Assembly (NCBI GenBank): GCA_963744145.1
Contig: CAVUSO010000001.1
Span: forward strand, 7,488,001-7,552,000
Length of the DNA stretch: 64,000 bases
Origin: an uncultured cyanobacterium
Lineage (GTDB): Bacteria; Cyanobacteriota; Cyanobacteriia; Cyanobacteriales; CAWUOF01
Reading direction: 5' to 3'
Part shown: positions 51,351 through 62,058 of the stretch, piece by piece
Layout: each line of letters starts with the position of its first letter
Position numbering within the stretch: the first letter of the stretch is position 1
Position numbers and translations under genes: made by a program
The notes under the pieces: generated by a model
Told to the model about the DNA's origin: nothing
The model's input: the letters and a program-made list of their open reading frames with translations, nothing else
The model's database searches: none

Positions 51351-52820
51351 ATGTCAGTTCAACTTTCTTTATCTGTGTCTAGTTCCCAGCCCATTAAATT
51401 TGGTACTGATGGCTGGAGAGGTGTAATTGCTGCTGATTTTACCTTTGAGCGCGTAGCTTTAGTAGCGCCTTTAGCTGCTCAGGTTTTAGCAGATATTTAT
51501 GGTAATAATACAAGCAATCGGTCGGTAATAGTTGGTTACGATCGCCGTTTTCTGGCAGAAGATTTTGCTCAGGTTGCAGCCCAATCTCTCAAAAGTGCCG
51601 GATTTAATGTGATTCTTGCCAATACCTATGCACCTACACCAGCTTTTAGTTTAGCTGCTTACCAACAAAAGGCTCTCGGGGCTATTGTCCTGACTGCGAG
51701 TCACAATCCTGCACCCTATTTAGGACTGAAGGTAAAAGGTGCTTTTGGTGGGTCAGTTGCGCCAGAAGTGACGAAACAAATTGAAGCATTACTGAATCAA
51801 CCCCAATCCCCCTCAAGCAATCCTGGTGAAATTACTACTTTTAATCCCTGGCCCAGTTATGCTGAAACACTTCGCGCTCAAGTAGATATATCGGCCATTC
51901 GAGCAGCAATTCTGAGCGGTCAACTTACCTTGTTTGCTGATGTGATGTATGGTGCCGCAGCAGGGGGGTTAGCAGCTATCCTCGGCCCAGATGTGACCGT
52001 ACAGGAAATTAATTATCGTCGCGATCCTCTATTTGGTGGTGTTGCTCCGGAACCTTTACCTCGTTATCTTTCCCATTTGTTTAGACTCATTCGCTCCCAT
52101 CAAATTAATCATCCCACCGGTTTAGCTGTGGGGTTTGTCTTTGATGGTGATAGCGATCGCATTGCTGCTGTCGATGGTCAGGGTAATTTTCTCAGTTCCC
52201 AAATCCTGATCCCGATTTTAATTGAACACCTAGCCAAACGACGGGGTTTGACCGGAGAAATAGTCAAAACTGTCAGTGGTTCCGATTTAATCTCCAAGTT
52301 GGCTCATTTATACCAACTACCCCTCTTTGAAACACCAATTGGTTACAAATATATTGCCGATCGGATGTTAGACACCCAAGTCTTAGTCGGAGGTGAAGAA
52401 TCTGGTGGAATTGGTTATGGAACCCATATTCCCGAACGCGATGCTCTCCTTTCTGCTCTCTATGTGTTAGAAGCTGTCGTCCAATCTGGTCAGGATTTGG
52501 GCAAACTTTATCAACAACTCCAAGCCCAAACAGGCTTTAGTTCTGTTTATGACCGCCTTGATCTACCCTTAGCTAGTATGGATGTACGCGATCGCTTACT
52601 TACCCAATTAAAACAATCACCTCTCACCACAATTATCGGTCAGCCAGTCGTAGATTGTAACCCGATGGATGGTTATAAATTCCGTTTAGCCGATGGGAGT
52701 TGGTTACTTATTCGTTTTAGTGGTACTGAACCAGTTTTACGTCTTTATGCTGAAGCTCCTACTCGCGCACAAGTTGATCTGACCTTAAACTGGGCTAAAG
52801 ATTGGGCAAATAGTTTTTAG
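51351..52820 (+). CDS. Phosphoglucomutase/phosphomannomutase family protein
   Basis: FGTDGWRG, TASHNP, FDGDSDR, GGEESGG, RFSGTEP. Confidence 0.93.
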   Translation: MSVQLSLSVSSSQPIKFGTDGWRGVIAADFTFERVALVAPLAAQVLADIYGNNTSNRSVIVGYDRRFLAEDFAQVAAQSLKSAGFNVILANTYAPTPAFSLAAYQQKALGAIVLTASHNPAPYLGLKVKGAFGGSVAPEVTKQIEALLNQPQSPSSNPGEITTFNPWPSYAETLRAQVDISAIRAAILSGQLTLFADVMYGAAAGGLAAILGPDVTVQEINYRRDPLFGGVAPEPLPRYLSHLFRLIRSHQINHPTGLAVGFVFDGDSDRIAAVDGQGNFLSSQILIPILIEHLAKRRGLTGEIVKTVSGSDLISKLAHLYQLPLFETPIGYKYIADRMLDTQVLVGGEESGGIGYGTHIPERDALLSALYVLEAVVQSGQDLGKLYQQLQAQTGFSSVYDRLDLPLASMDVRDRLLTQLKQSPLTTIIGQPVVDCNPMDGYKFRLADGSWLLIRFSGTEPVLRLYAEAPTRAQVDLTLNWAKDWANSF

Positions 52821-52837
52821 GATGCAAATAATTATTA

Positions 52838-53422
52838 ATGAGCAAGCAAAAATTGTTAGTTGTAGCGACGGGAAATCCCGGTAAAGTCCGGGAAATGCAG
52901 GATTATTTGACAGATTTAGGCTGGGAATTAATCTTAAAACCAGACCATTTAGATATTGCCGAAACCGGAGATACATTTGCAGCTAATGCTTGTCTCAAAG
53001 CTAGGGCGATCGCCCTAGCTACCAACAACTGGGCGATCGCTGATGATTCTGGGTTAGAAGTCGATGCTCTTGGTGGTGCCCCGGGAATTTACTCAGCCCG
53101 TTATGGTCAAACTGACTCAGAACGGATCAATCGCTTACTCCAGGAGTTAGGAAATACTACTAATCGTGGGGCTCAGTTTGTTTGTGTCATCGCGATCGCC
53201 CGTTCCAATGGGGAAATTGCTTGCCAAACCCAAGGTATTTGTCGGGGGGAAATCATCCATGCACCTCGTGGTCACAATGGCTTCGGGTACGATCCCATTT
53301 TTTATGTACCTAGTCAGGGTTTAACTTTTGCCGAAATGACCCCAGAATTAAAGCGATCGCTCAGCCACCGTGGCCAAGCGATCCAAGCATTGCTACCCCA
53401 GATCAGGGCTTTAGTTGAATAG
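52838..53422 (+). CDS. rdgB: Non-canonical purine NTP pyrophosphatase (RdgB/HAM1)
   Basis: ATGNPGK, ADDSGL, PGIYSAR, GFGYDPIF, SHRG. Confidence 0.95.
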   Translation: MSKQKLLVVATGNPGKVREMQDYLTDLGWELILKPDHLDIAETGDTFAANACLKARAIALATNNWAIADDSGLEVDALGGAPGIYSARYGQTDSERINRLLQELGNTTNRGAQFVCVIAIARSNGEIACQTQGICRGEIIHAPRGHNGFGYDPIFYVPSQGLTFAEMTPELKRSLSHRGQAIQALLPQIRALVE

Positions 53423-53570
53423 AAACTCGGTAGATCGGAAATTTAACGATGGTTAACAGCAAATAGCATCAAGGAAACAGCGATTACTAACCTCAATTGA
53501 GCAGTAAAAACAGAGTTTTTTTCAACTTGGCTTTTCACCATCATTTGGGGTTCTTTTGCTATTGACCTGT

Positions 53571-53969
<399 letters not shown>

Positions 53970-53971
53970 TT

Positions 53972-54012
53972 ACTATAGCCGTCAATCTCCAGTATTTTGT
54001 AGCTTTTGATAC
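53972..54012 (-). promoter_or_regulatory. NtcA-activated promoter of glnB
   Basis: Minus strand GTA-TCAAAAGC-TAC (54012-53999), 21 nt, then TATAGT -10 box (53977-53972). Confidence 0.8.
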
Positions 54013-54061
54013 TATTGTTGGCCTAACCGAGGATGGGAATTAACCCGTAGTAATTTGTACA

Positions 54062-54096
54062 AATTGACGATCACTCATCTGAGGTGATCGTCAATT
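54062..54096 (-). terminator. Strong hairpin downstream of desB (terminator or stabiliser)
   Basis: AATTGACGATCAC-N9-GTGATCGTCAATT, a 13-bp inverted repeat. Confidence 0.6.
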
Positions 54097-54140
54097 AGTC
54101 TGCTTGGTAGCTAGTTGTTGCCGTTGATGATCCAGCCTCA

Positions 54141-55214
54141 CTAATTAGCGCGAGCAGATTTGGCTTGATAATAAACTACATCACCGGTATCAGGAACAAA
54201 TTTACAACTATTACGGGAACGCCACAAAGAGTGCAGAATGGATCGGGATGATTTGTGGTAATAATTTCCTAAAATTGGTTTGACTGCTTCGTTAGCAGTT
54301 TGGAGATGATAATGGGGGATAGTGCTGAATATATGGTGAACTACATGGGTGCCAATGTTATGGTGAATATCATTGATCAAACCGTAGTCATGGTCAATGC
54401 TAGAAAGGGCACCTTTGAGAAAATACCAGTTGTCACCACGATACCAAGGAACATCAGGATCAGTGTGGTGTAGGTATGTGACCAAGTCTAGCCACACTAC
54501 AAATACTAGGTAAGGTCCGAGATAGAATTTGACAAAGAACATCCAACCATAGGAGTAGGTTAACCAGCACAAGACACCAACCATCAGTGTCCAGCAAGTG
54601 GTGCTAGTGATTACGTCCCATTTTTCTGTGGGTCGAAATAAAGAACTACTAGGGAGAAAGTGGGAACCTTTTTTGCCTGGGGAACGAACAAATAGATATA
54701 AAGGATAGGCAAGGAGAAATAAATTCTCGCTCAGAAGCTTCATATAACCAGGTGTATGGTTATAACTTGTTTCTGATTTTGGATACCAGCTTTCATCTGT
54801 ATCGATGTTTCCTGTATTCCCATGATGGGTTCTATGACTGATCCGCCAACCGTGGAAAGGAACGAGAATGGGTGAATGGCATAAATGACCAATCAGGTTA
54901 TTTAACCATTTGTGTCGGGAAAAAGAACCATGACCGCAATCATGACCGACCACAAAGAGTGCCCAAAACATTGTTCCCTGCATCAGCCAGAAAATTGGCC
55001 AAAAAAACCAGGAATCTAGATAAGATGCGATCGCATATAGCAAACTGATGATTGTCAGATCCCAAACAAAGTAAAACAGTGATTTCCAGCTAGAAGAGAC
55101 AAAGCAATGTGCGGGAATAGCTGCTTTCAATTCTGCCAGTGTGAAAGGTAGTTCTGAGCAACCAGTCGCTGCTTCTTGTTGAGGATTTTTGTGCGTAACA
55201 AGATTAGATTGCAC
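54141..55214 (-). CDS. desB: Omega-3 (delta-15) fatty acid desaturase
   Basis: His boxes HDCGH, HRTHH, HVVHH; WALFVVGHDCGHGSFS. Confidence 0.92.
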   Translation of the reverse strand: MQSNLVTHKNPQQEAATGCSELPFTLAELKAAIPAHCFVSSSWKSLFYFVWDLTIISLLYAIASYLDSWFFWPIFWLMQGTMFWALFVVGHDCGHGSFSRHKWLNNLIGHLCHSPILVPFHGWRISHRTHHGNTGNIDTDESWYPKSETSYNHTPGYMKLLSENLFLLAYPLYLFVRSPGKKGSHFLPSSSLFRPTEKWDVITSTTCWTLMVGVLCWLTYSYGWMFFVKFYLGPYLVFVVWLDLVTYLHHTDPDVPWYRGDNWYFLKGALSSIDHDYGLINDIHHNIGTHVVHHIFSTIPHYHLQTANEAVKPILGNYYHKSSRSILHSLWRSRNSCKFVPDTGDVVYYQAKSARAN

Positions 55215-55406
55215 GAGATTTCCAATTTACCCCTACTATATACAAGAGGAATTATTGTATAGTTAGGTATTTCTGGCAATAGTGAGTTAAAGGATTTATT
55301 AATCAACCGTCCAATCACTGGGATCGATGATCATAAAATCTCTGATTAAATACGGTTGCTTTTTCCAAGCTAATCTGTTAAAGAGGAAAAATATTGTTGG
55401 CTGATC

Positions 55407-57972
55407 TTAAGTAAATAATGCCCCACCCATTAACTTTTGATAACGTTGTTCTAAGGCAAATTTAAGACTGGGCCATTTGGCTAGAGTTTCATCTTTTTCC
55501 ATTACTTTTTCGGCTGCTTCTCTGGCTAATTCTAAAACAGCTTGATCCGCAACTAAACTAGCTAAAGCAAAATCAGCTAATCCCGATTGACGAGTACCTA
55601 ATACTGCACCAGGACCCCGTAAACGCAGATCCATTTCTGCAATAAAAAAACCATCTTGTGATCCTGCTAATACTTGTAATCTTTCCCGCGCATCTTCTGT
55701 AGATCGAGTATTACTCATTAATAAACAATAAGCGCGATCGCTACCACGACCGACTCTCCCCCGTAATTGGTGCAATTGCGATAAACCAAAACGTTCCGCA
55801 TTTTCAATTAACATGACGCTAGCATTAGGAACATCAACTCCCACTTCGACTACGGTAGTAGAAACTAAAATTTGAGTTTCGTTATCACGAAATTTATTAA
55901 TTGCTTCTTCTTTTTCTGCACTACTCATTCGACCATGCAGTAGACCGACTTTAAAATCATGAAAAACATTTTCTTGCAATTTGTGATATTCTTCAATTGC
56001 CGATCGCAAATCTAATTTTTCTGATTCTTCTACTAAAGGTAATACAATATAAGCTTGTCTGCCACTTGCTACTTCTCTCTGGATTAAGTCATAAGCATCA
56101 GGACGTTCTTTTGAGGATAAAACAGTGGTTTGAATTGCTTGTCTTCCCGGAGGTAATTCATCAAGCTGACTGACATCTAAATCTCCATGTAAGGTGAGTG
56201 CTAAAGTCCGAGGAATGGGAGTAGCTGTCATGGTCAGAACATGGGGAACTCCATTCATTCCTTTTTGTTGTAATTTAGCTCTCTGTGCTACTCCAAATCG
56301 ATGTTGTTCGTCAATTACTGCTAATCCTAATTGGTGAAATTTAACTGGATCTTGAATTAATGCGTGAGTTCCTACTAATACAGGTAATTCACCGGTAGCT
56401 AATTGAGAATTGATTTCTTTACGTTTAGAAGCTTTAGTAGAACCGGTGAGTAATTCGACTGGTAAATGTAATAAATTAAACCAAGAAACCAGTTTCCGAT
56501 AATGTTGTTCGGCTAAAACTTCGGTGGGAGCCATTAGTGCTGCTTGATAACCGCATTCAATTGTAGCTAACATCGCTACTACTGCAACTACTGTTTTTCC
56601 AGCACCGACATCTCCTTGGACTAAACGATTCATTGCTTCTGGTTTTTTTAAATCATTCAGAATATCATTAATTACTCGTTTTTGCGCTCCTGTTAATTCA
56701 AAGGGAAGTAATTGATAAAACTTTTTAATTAATTCACCTTGAGCGGCGATCGCAGCACTTGCTTGAATTTGACGCTGACTAAATTTCCGTTTGAGCATTC
56801 CTAATTGGAGATAAAAAAACTCATCAAAGACTAACCAACGTCTGGCAATACTTAGGGTTTGTTGATCGCTCGGAAAATGAATATTTGCGATCGCATCTTT
56901 TAACTCAACCAACCCATATAAATTTCGTAACCCTGATGGGAGTGGATCTTTAATTTTTTTAGTTGCTGGTAAACACTTAAATACTGCTCGTCGTAATAAA
57001 TTTGCACCTACTCCCTCGGTCAGTGGATATACTGGTGCTACTCGTCCAATAATCATCGAATCAACCTGATCATCTGGACTAGAAAGAACTTCTAATTCTA
57101 ATTTGTCTAAACTCACCCCATATTTACCTTTTTTGACTAACCCCGAAGCTGCTACCATTGCTCCTGGAGGATAAAGTCGTTTTTGCATTTCTTGCCCATC
57201 GAACTGAGTAATTACCCGGAAAAAATCGATTGAGTTTGATTTGTCCAGTGCGATCGCTTAAAACTAGCTCTAAAATATTTAATTTTTTATTTCGCGGACT
57301 ACTAAAACAGGTACAGCGTTTAACTGTACCAACAATTGTGACTGTTTCACCTGGATTTAAGTCACGAATATTGACCTGAGTTTGATGATCAATATGATCT
57401 CTTGGGTAGTAATAAAGTAAATCACCTACTGTATATAACCCTAACTTAGCTAACTGTTCCGCTGCTTTTTTTCCCAGACCAGAAATTTGGTCAATTGATT
57501 GATCCAAAGCATAATTACTGTTAGCTCCATTTTGAGGACTAGCTAGGGAAATTTCCACCTGATAATTTTGCTTTTCCTCCTGAAAATTTTCGATATCTTT
57601 ATAGTTCTGTAATTTTTGCTTTTGTTGTTCTTTTAATCGTTTAATATCTTGGTCTGAATTTTCTTGATCATGCGGTTGACCAATTTCCTTTTTTTTGCAG
57701 GATTGTTGCATCTGGAAAAGGAACCAACGAGTTTGAGCAATCAATTGTTCCCGTTGTTCACCAGTTAATTGGGGATACTCAGCAAACCGATTAGCCATTT
57801 CGTGCCATTGACGAATTTCCGCATTTGATAAACATTGTGGTGGTTGACTGAGACTGATTTGCAAAAACTGATTAAAGATATATTGTTTACCTACTAGGTT
57901 AGTAAACCCATGTTTTGTTTCTGCTAATAGAGCTTTTTCCAATCTCCCCCAGTCTGGTAATTCTTCTGACAC
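55407..57972 (-). pseudogene. recG: ATP-dependent DNA helicase RecG split by a frameshift near 57195 (real lesion or sequence error)
   Basis: 5' ORF 57124-57972 (DLLYYYPRD, wedge start) and 3' ORF 55407-57188 (QGDVGAGKT, DEQH, QLRGRVGRG) overlap in different frames. Confidence 0.85.
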
Positions 57973-58037
57973 TGTTGCTCTCTCTTGTTCAGGTAAAGAT
58001 AGATGACTAAAAAGTTAAATCTATCACCATTATAACC

Positions 58038-59000
58038 TTATTCATCAAACCAGGTAGCACGCCAAGCTGCTTCAGCTTTAGCGATCGCCAGTTCTTTTTC
58101 TTTTTTCTGATATTCCCGTCCGATGCGATGCAATTTGAGGGAAAGATTGCGAATTTGGCTACGCCAGGTAGCGACAGTTGGATCAGCAAACTCAATTTCC
58201 GATAAGCGTAAATGAATCGCCATAATATAAATCGTACCATTAGCAAAATTTGTTGACCCCATCATCTGATCAGGGTCTTCAATATTTTCTGCTTCAATGA
58301 TTAAATTTAACAAATTTGGCGGACCCGGCATTGCTTCTCCATTAGATTCAGCTTTAACCGCGGCTTCTAAAATTTGTCCTGGTAATTTTTTGGGTAAAAT
58401 CCCATTTTGTTGTAGCGCCCGATTAGTACGACGGGATGTAGTTTTAATAATTTGGTTAATCCCATTTTCCAAGTCTTCTTGCCACTGGGCCAAATCTACT
58501 GGTGAGCGCACTTCTGCTAATAAAATTTTCTTTTCCTGTTTGTTTAATAACAAATTCGCAATTTCTGATCCTGGTAAATTTAAAACTGGGGAGTCAGAAT
58601 TGTCTGATTTAATTGTCTCAACTACCTCCTGATTTTTCAATTTTTCTTCTAACTGTCCTAGTTCCCCAGTTTCATGGGTTTCATTACTTAACTCTTCTAG
58701 TTCATCAGTAGAACTTTTTAGCAGCTTCAGCAACTGATTTTCGGCTTGTCGAGCTAGCTGACGAATCGCTTTTTGCAATTCTTGTTTGCCACTAAAAGAT
58801 ATACTCAAAAAACGCTCAGGATAACCTTGAGTACATAAATGATAACTAGCTAAAACTAATTGTTGCCGTACCGCTTGCCCAAAAGCGGTTAAATATTGAA
58901 AGTAGGCTTGGTGAAATTCTTGGGCGATCGCTGTTACGGTATCTTCGAGCGTTTTTATTTCTTGTTCAATTCGTTCGACTATTCGTACCATTCCTTGCAA
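58038..59000 (-). CDS. Conserved cyanobacterial hypothetical protein
   Basis: GQAVRQQLVLASYHLCTQGYPERFL; LRLSEIEFAD; AEAAWRATW. Confidence 0.8.
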   Translation of the reverse strand: MQGMVRIVERIEQEIKTLEDTVTAIAQEFHQAYFQYLTAFGQAVRQQLVLASYHLCTQGYPERFLSISFSGKQELQKAIRQLARQAENQLLKLLKSSTDELEELSNETHETGELGQLEEKLKNQEVVETIKSDNSDSPVLNLPGSEIANLLLNKQEKKILLAEVRSPVDLAQWQEDLENGINQIIKTTSRRTNRALQQNGILPKKLPGQILEAAVKAESNGEAMPGPPNLLNLIIEAENIEDPDQMMGSTNFANGTIYIMAIHLRLSEIEFADPTVATWRSQIRNLSLKLHRIGREYQKKEKELAIAKAEAAWRATWFDE

Positions 59001-59031
59001 TTTTTCTAATTACTGATTTAACTTATCTCTA

Positions 59032-59991
59032 CTAACGCCCAGCATAAGCTGACATTGGTTCTTTAATAAACCGAATATAAAGATGCTTAAAGGTAGAACG
59101 AAGCACTCGAGGTAACCCAAAATCTATGGGCATCAAATTTGTTGGTAATTTCCAATCTGATACTTGTAATTCTGTAGGTGACATTAAAGGAAATTCGATC
59201 GCTTCTAAATTGCTACATAAACCTAATTTTATCGCTGCTGCTACTGTCGGTACTACTTGGGGATCGACTTTAACTATTTCCACTACACTACGATCAAGAG
59301 CAAATACATCTGTAGCTGCGGCTAAAATTCCTAGTTCCCGAGGTTCACCCCCACTCGGACCATTACCTTCGTGACCAATAATCCCGTCGAGAATAGTTAA
59401 ATCTGGATTAATTGTCCGGGCTGTTTCTACTAACATTTGTCCAAATCTAGCTGCATCTTTACCTGCTTCTAAATGCCACCAAGCTTTCATTTTACCAGGT
59501 ACACAACCAAATAAGTTTTTTACTCCCATAGTTAAGGTTAGTTGCATATGGGATTTCAACTTAGGTAAATTAATTACTACATCAGCACCGATCGCTTCTT
59601 TACTTAGTAACAGGTGATTAAATTCCTGACTGACAGTTTGATAACGCTGTCCGTGAAACTCAATAATTGGTAAATTCAATTCTTCTAGTAGGGGTAGATA
59701 ACCATTAGCTGTAGCGACACCTTTGGCACTTCCAAAAGCTGGACTATCTCCCAGAAATGGTTTACCACCAGCATCTAATACCATTTTCGCTACACAGTAA
59801 ACTATTTCTTTCCGGGTGACACATTCTTTGGTCGGACGGGAACCTGTGAGTAAATTCGGTTTGAGTAAAACGCGATCGCCCGGTTTGACAAAATTGCTGA
59901 TCCCCCCTAATGGCTCGAGCAAATTTTCTAAGGATTCTCTTAAGGATTGTGGTTGATAAGATTGAGCGCGAATTAAACTAACACTAGACAT
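59032..59991 (-). CDS. DUF362 domain protein
   Basis: VKPGDRVLLKPNL; INLPKLKSH; TMGVKNLFG; DGIIGHEGNGP. Confidence 0.88.
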   Translation of the reverse strand: MSSVSLIRAQSYQPQSLRESLENLLEPLGGISNFVKPGDRVLLKPNLLTGSRPTKECVTRKEIVYCVAKMVLDAGGKPFLGDSPAFGSAKGVATANGYLPLLEELNLPIIEFHGQRYQTVSQEFNHLLLSKEAIGADVVINLPKLKSHMQLTLTMGVKNLFGCVPGKMKAWWHLEAGKDAARFGQMLVETARTINPDLTILDGIIGHEGNGPSGGEPRELGILAAATDVFALDRSVVEIVKVDPQVVPTVAAAIKLGLCSNLEAIEFPLMSPTELQVSDWKLPTNLMPIDFGLPRVLRSTFKHLYIRFIKEPMSAYAGR

Positions 59992-60048
59992 GATTTTTTC
60001 CCTTGAGTAATTAACTTTTTTGACCCTGGTGAAATTCTTAATTGGATT

Positions 60049-60321
60049 TTAACGTCCTTTCATTAAAGCTGTTACTCGCTGACAATTGGCAAATACTCCT
60101 ACTCCTACCATTTGGTTCATTGCTGGTTTTACCTCAACTTTAATAATTCTGGAAGTACAGATAAAAACTGTTTGGTCAAATAAATGAATGATTAACCAAG
60201 GTCTTTCTAACAACAACTGAATTTGCTGCTGAAATTCTTCTGGAGAAATGGGAATATTAAACCCTTCTGACTGACCATTGTCATAATAAAATATTACTTG
60301 GGTCACATGGTCTGGTTGCAT
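60049..60321 (-). CDS. Small hypothetical protein
   Basis: 90-aa ORF co-oriented with its neighbours, globular composition. Confidence 0.65.
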   Translation of the reverse strand: MQPDHVTQVIFYYDNGQSEGFNIPISPEEFQQQIQLLLERPWLIIHLFDQTVFICTSRIIKVEVKPAMNQMVGVGVFANCQRVTALMKGR

Positions 60322-60528
60322 AAATCAATCCCTGTATAAACCTTCAGATTTTAGTTTACTTGCTCAATGGTATCATAATTACCAAAACTATTTTACCAGA
60401 TTAATCGCTGATTGTTAATAATTATAGTTGCAATTACAATGGGAACATTCTCTAGTATGGCAAAAACCGATTTTTGGAGTGAACACGCCAAAAAAGAGAT
60501 GCTCCCATCGCAATTAGCGACCAATAAT

Positions 60529-61941
60529 TTAATGATTGGACATGTTACTCATTTTCTGCAAATCTAGAACTTTTGCTAATTCCTCAGCACTCATTAGCTG
60601 TTTGTCAAGGACAATTTGCCGTAAAGATTTACCTGTAGCCAAAGATTCTTTGGCCACAGCCGCAGCATTAAGATAACCAATATGGGTATTGAGAGCAGTA
60701 ACTAAAGCTAAACTACCCTCAGCGTATTCAAGACAGCGATCGCGATTAGCTGTAATCCCGACTAAACACTGTTTGGTCAACGCCCCTAAAGCATTACCCA
60801 ATAATTCAATACTATTGATCAGATTATAGGCAATCAGTGGCATCATCACATTTAACTCTAATTGTCCAGCTTGAGCGGCTAGGGCGATCGCTGTATCATA
60901 TCCCATCACCTGAAAACATACCATAGAGGTCATTTCCGCCATCACAGGGTTATATTTTCCGGGCATGATCGATGATCCAGGTTGAACTGGTGGGAGTTGA
61001 ATTTCTTTAAATCCAGTTTTCGGTCCTGAATCCATCAACCGGAGATCATGGGAAATTTTGACACAATCTTGAGCTAAGTTGCGGAGGGAACCAGAGACAT
61101 TGACAAAAAGGGCCATACTCTGCATGGCAGCCATCAAATGTGGGGCTGGTTGGAGGGATTGACCAATCAACTCCGAGAGAATTTCTGCTACTCTTTGGCT
61201 ATATTGGGGATGGGTATTTAATCCAGTTCCTACAGCACTACCTCCCAATCCTAGTAAAGTCAAATCTTGGGCTGCGGTTTGGATGCGGTGATCATGATCC
61301 CGCAAAATTTGCGCCCAAGCACGAAAGGTTTCCCCCAAACGCACAGGGACAGCATCTTGGAGATGGGTTCGACCAGATTTAACAAGATCTTGAAATTCCT
61401 CAGCTTTAGTTTCTAAAACAGCGATCGCCTGAGTTAAAGCTGGGTAAAGAGTATGTGCTAATGCTAATAGTCCACCAATCCGAATTGCTGTGGGAATTAC
61501 ATCATTGGTAGACTGACCATAATTAACATGGTCATTAGGACTAATCCGTTGGTAGTTCCCTTTCTGATCCCCCAAAATTTCTAAAGCCCGATTCGCTAGG
61601 ACTTCATTCACATTCATGTGATGGGAAGTACCCGCTCCCGCTTGATAAATATCGACCACAAATTGATCCCGCAGTTGACCAGCTAGGATTTCGTCGGTAG
61701 CAGTAATGATTGCTTGACTAATCTCCATCGGAATACAACCAAGTTCACCATTAGCGATCGCTGTCGCTTTCTTAATCAGCAAACAAGCATCGACATAAGT
61801 GGGCAAGGGTTTGAGTCCACTGATTGGGAAATTTTCTGTCGCTCTTAAGGTTTGAATGCCATAATAGAGATCTGCCGGGATTTGTCTTTCCCCCATCGAA
61901 TCCCGTTCAATCCGATCAGTCATATTGGGTGTTTCCATCAT
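60529..61941 (-). CDS. Aspartate ammonia-lyase / class II fumarase superfamily enzyme
   Basis: RIERDSMG, GAGTSHHMNVNEV, QSTND, GRTHLQDA, GSSIMPGKYNP. Confidence 0.9.
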   Translation of the reverse strand: MMETPNMTDRIERDSMGERQIPADLYYGIQTLRATENFPISGLKPLPTYVDACLLIKKATAIANGELGCIPMEISQAIITATDEILAGQLRDQFVVDIYQAGAGTSHHMNVNEVLANRALEILGDQKGNYQRISPNDHVNYGQSTNDVIPTAIRIGGLLALAHTLYPALTQAIAVLETKAEEFQDLVKSGRTHLQDAVPVRLGETFRAWAQILRDHDHRIQTAAQDLTLLGLGGSAVGTGLNTHPQYSQRVAEILSELIGQSLQPAPHLMAAMQSMALFVNVSGSLRNLAQDCVKISHDLRLMDSGPKTGFKEIQLPPVQPGSSIMPGKYNPVMAEMTSMVCFQVMGYDTAIALAAQAGQLELNVMMPLIAYNLINSIELLGNALGALTKQCLVGITANRDRCLEYAEGSLALVTALNTHIGYLNAAAVAKESLATGKSLRQIVLDKQLMSAEELAKVLDLQKMSNMSNH

Positions 61942-62058
61942 AATTGTTGTGGGGAATTGTCGGTTTAACCGATTTTACGTCAATTATTTACCTTGAGTAA
62001 TGGGTATACATCATAGACCATGACCGTTAGACACTTGCAACAATAAACCTAGTAACAG

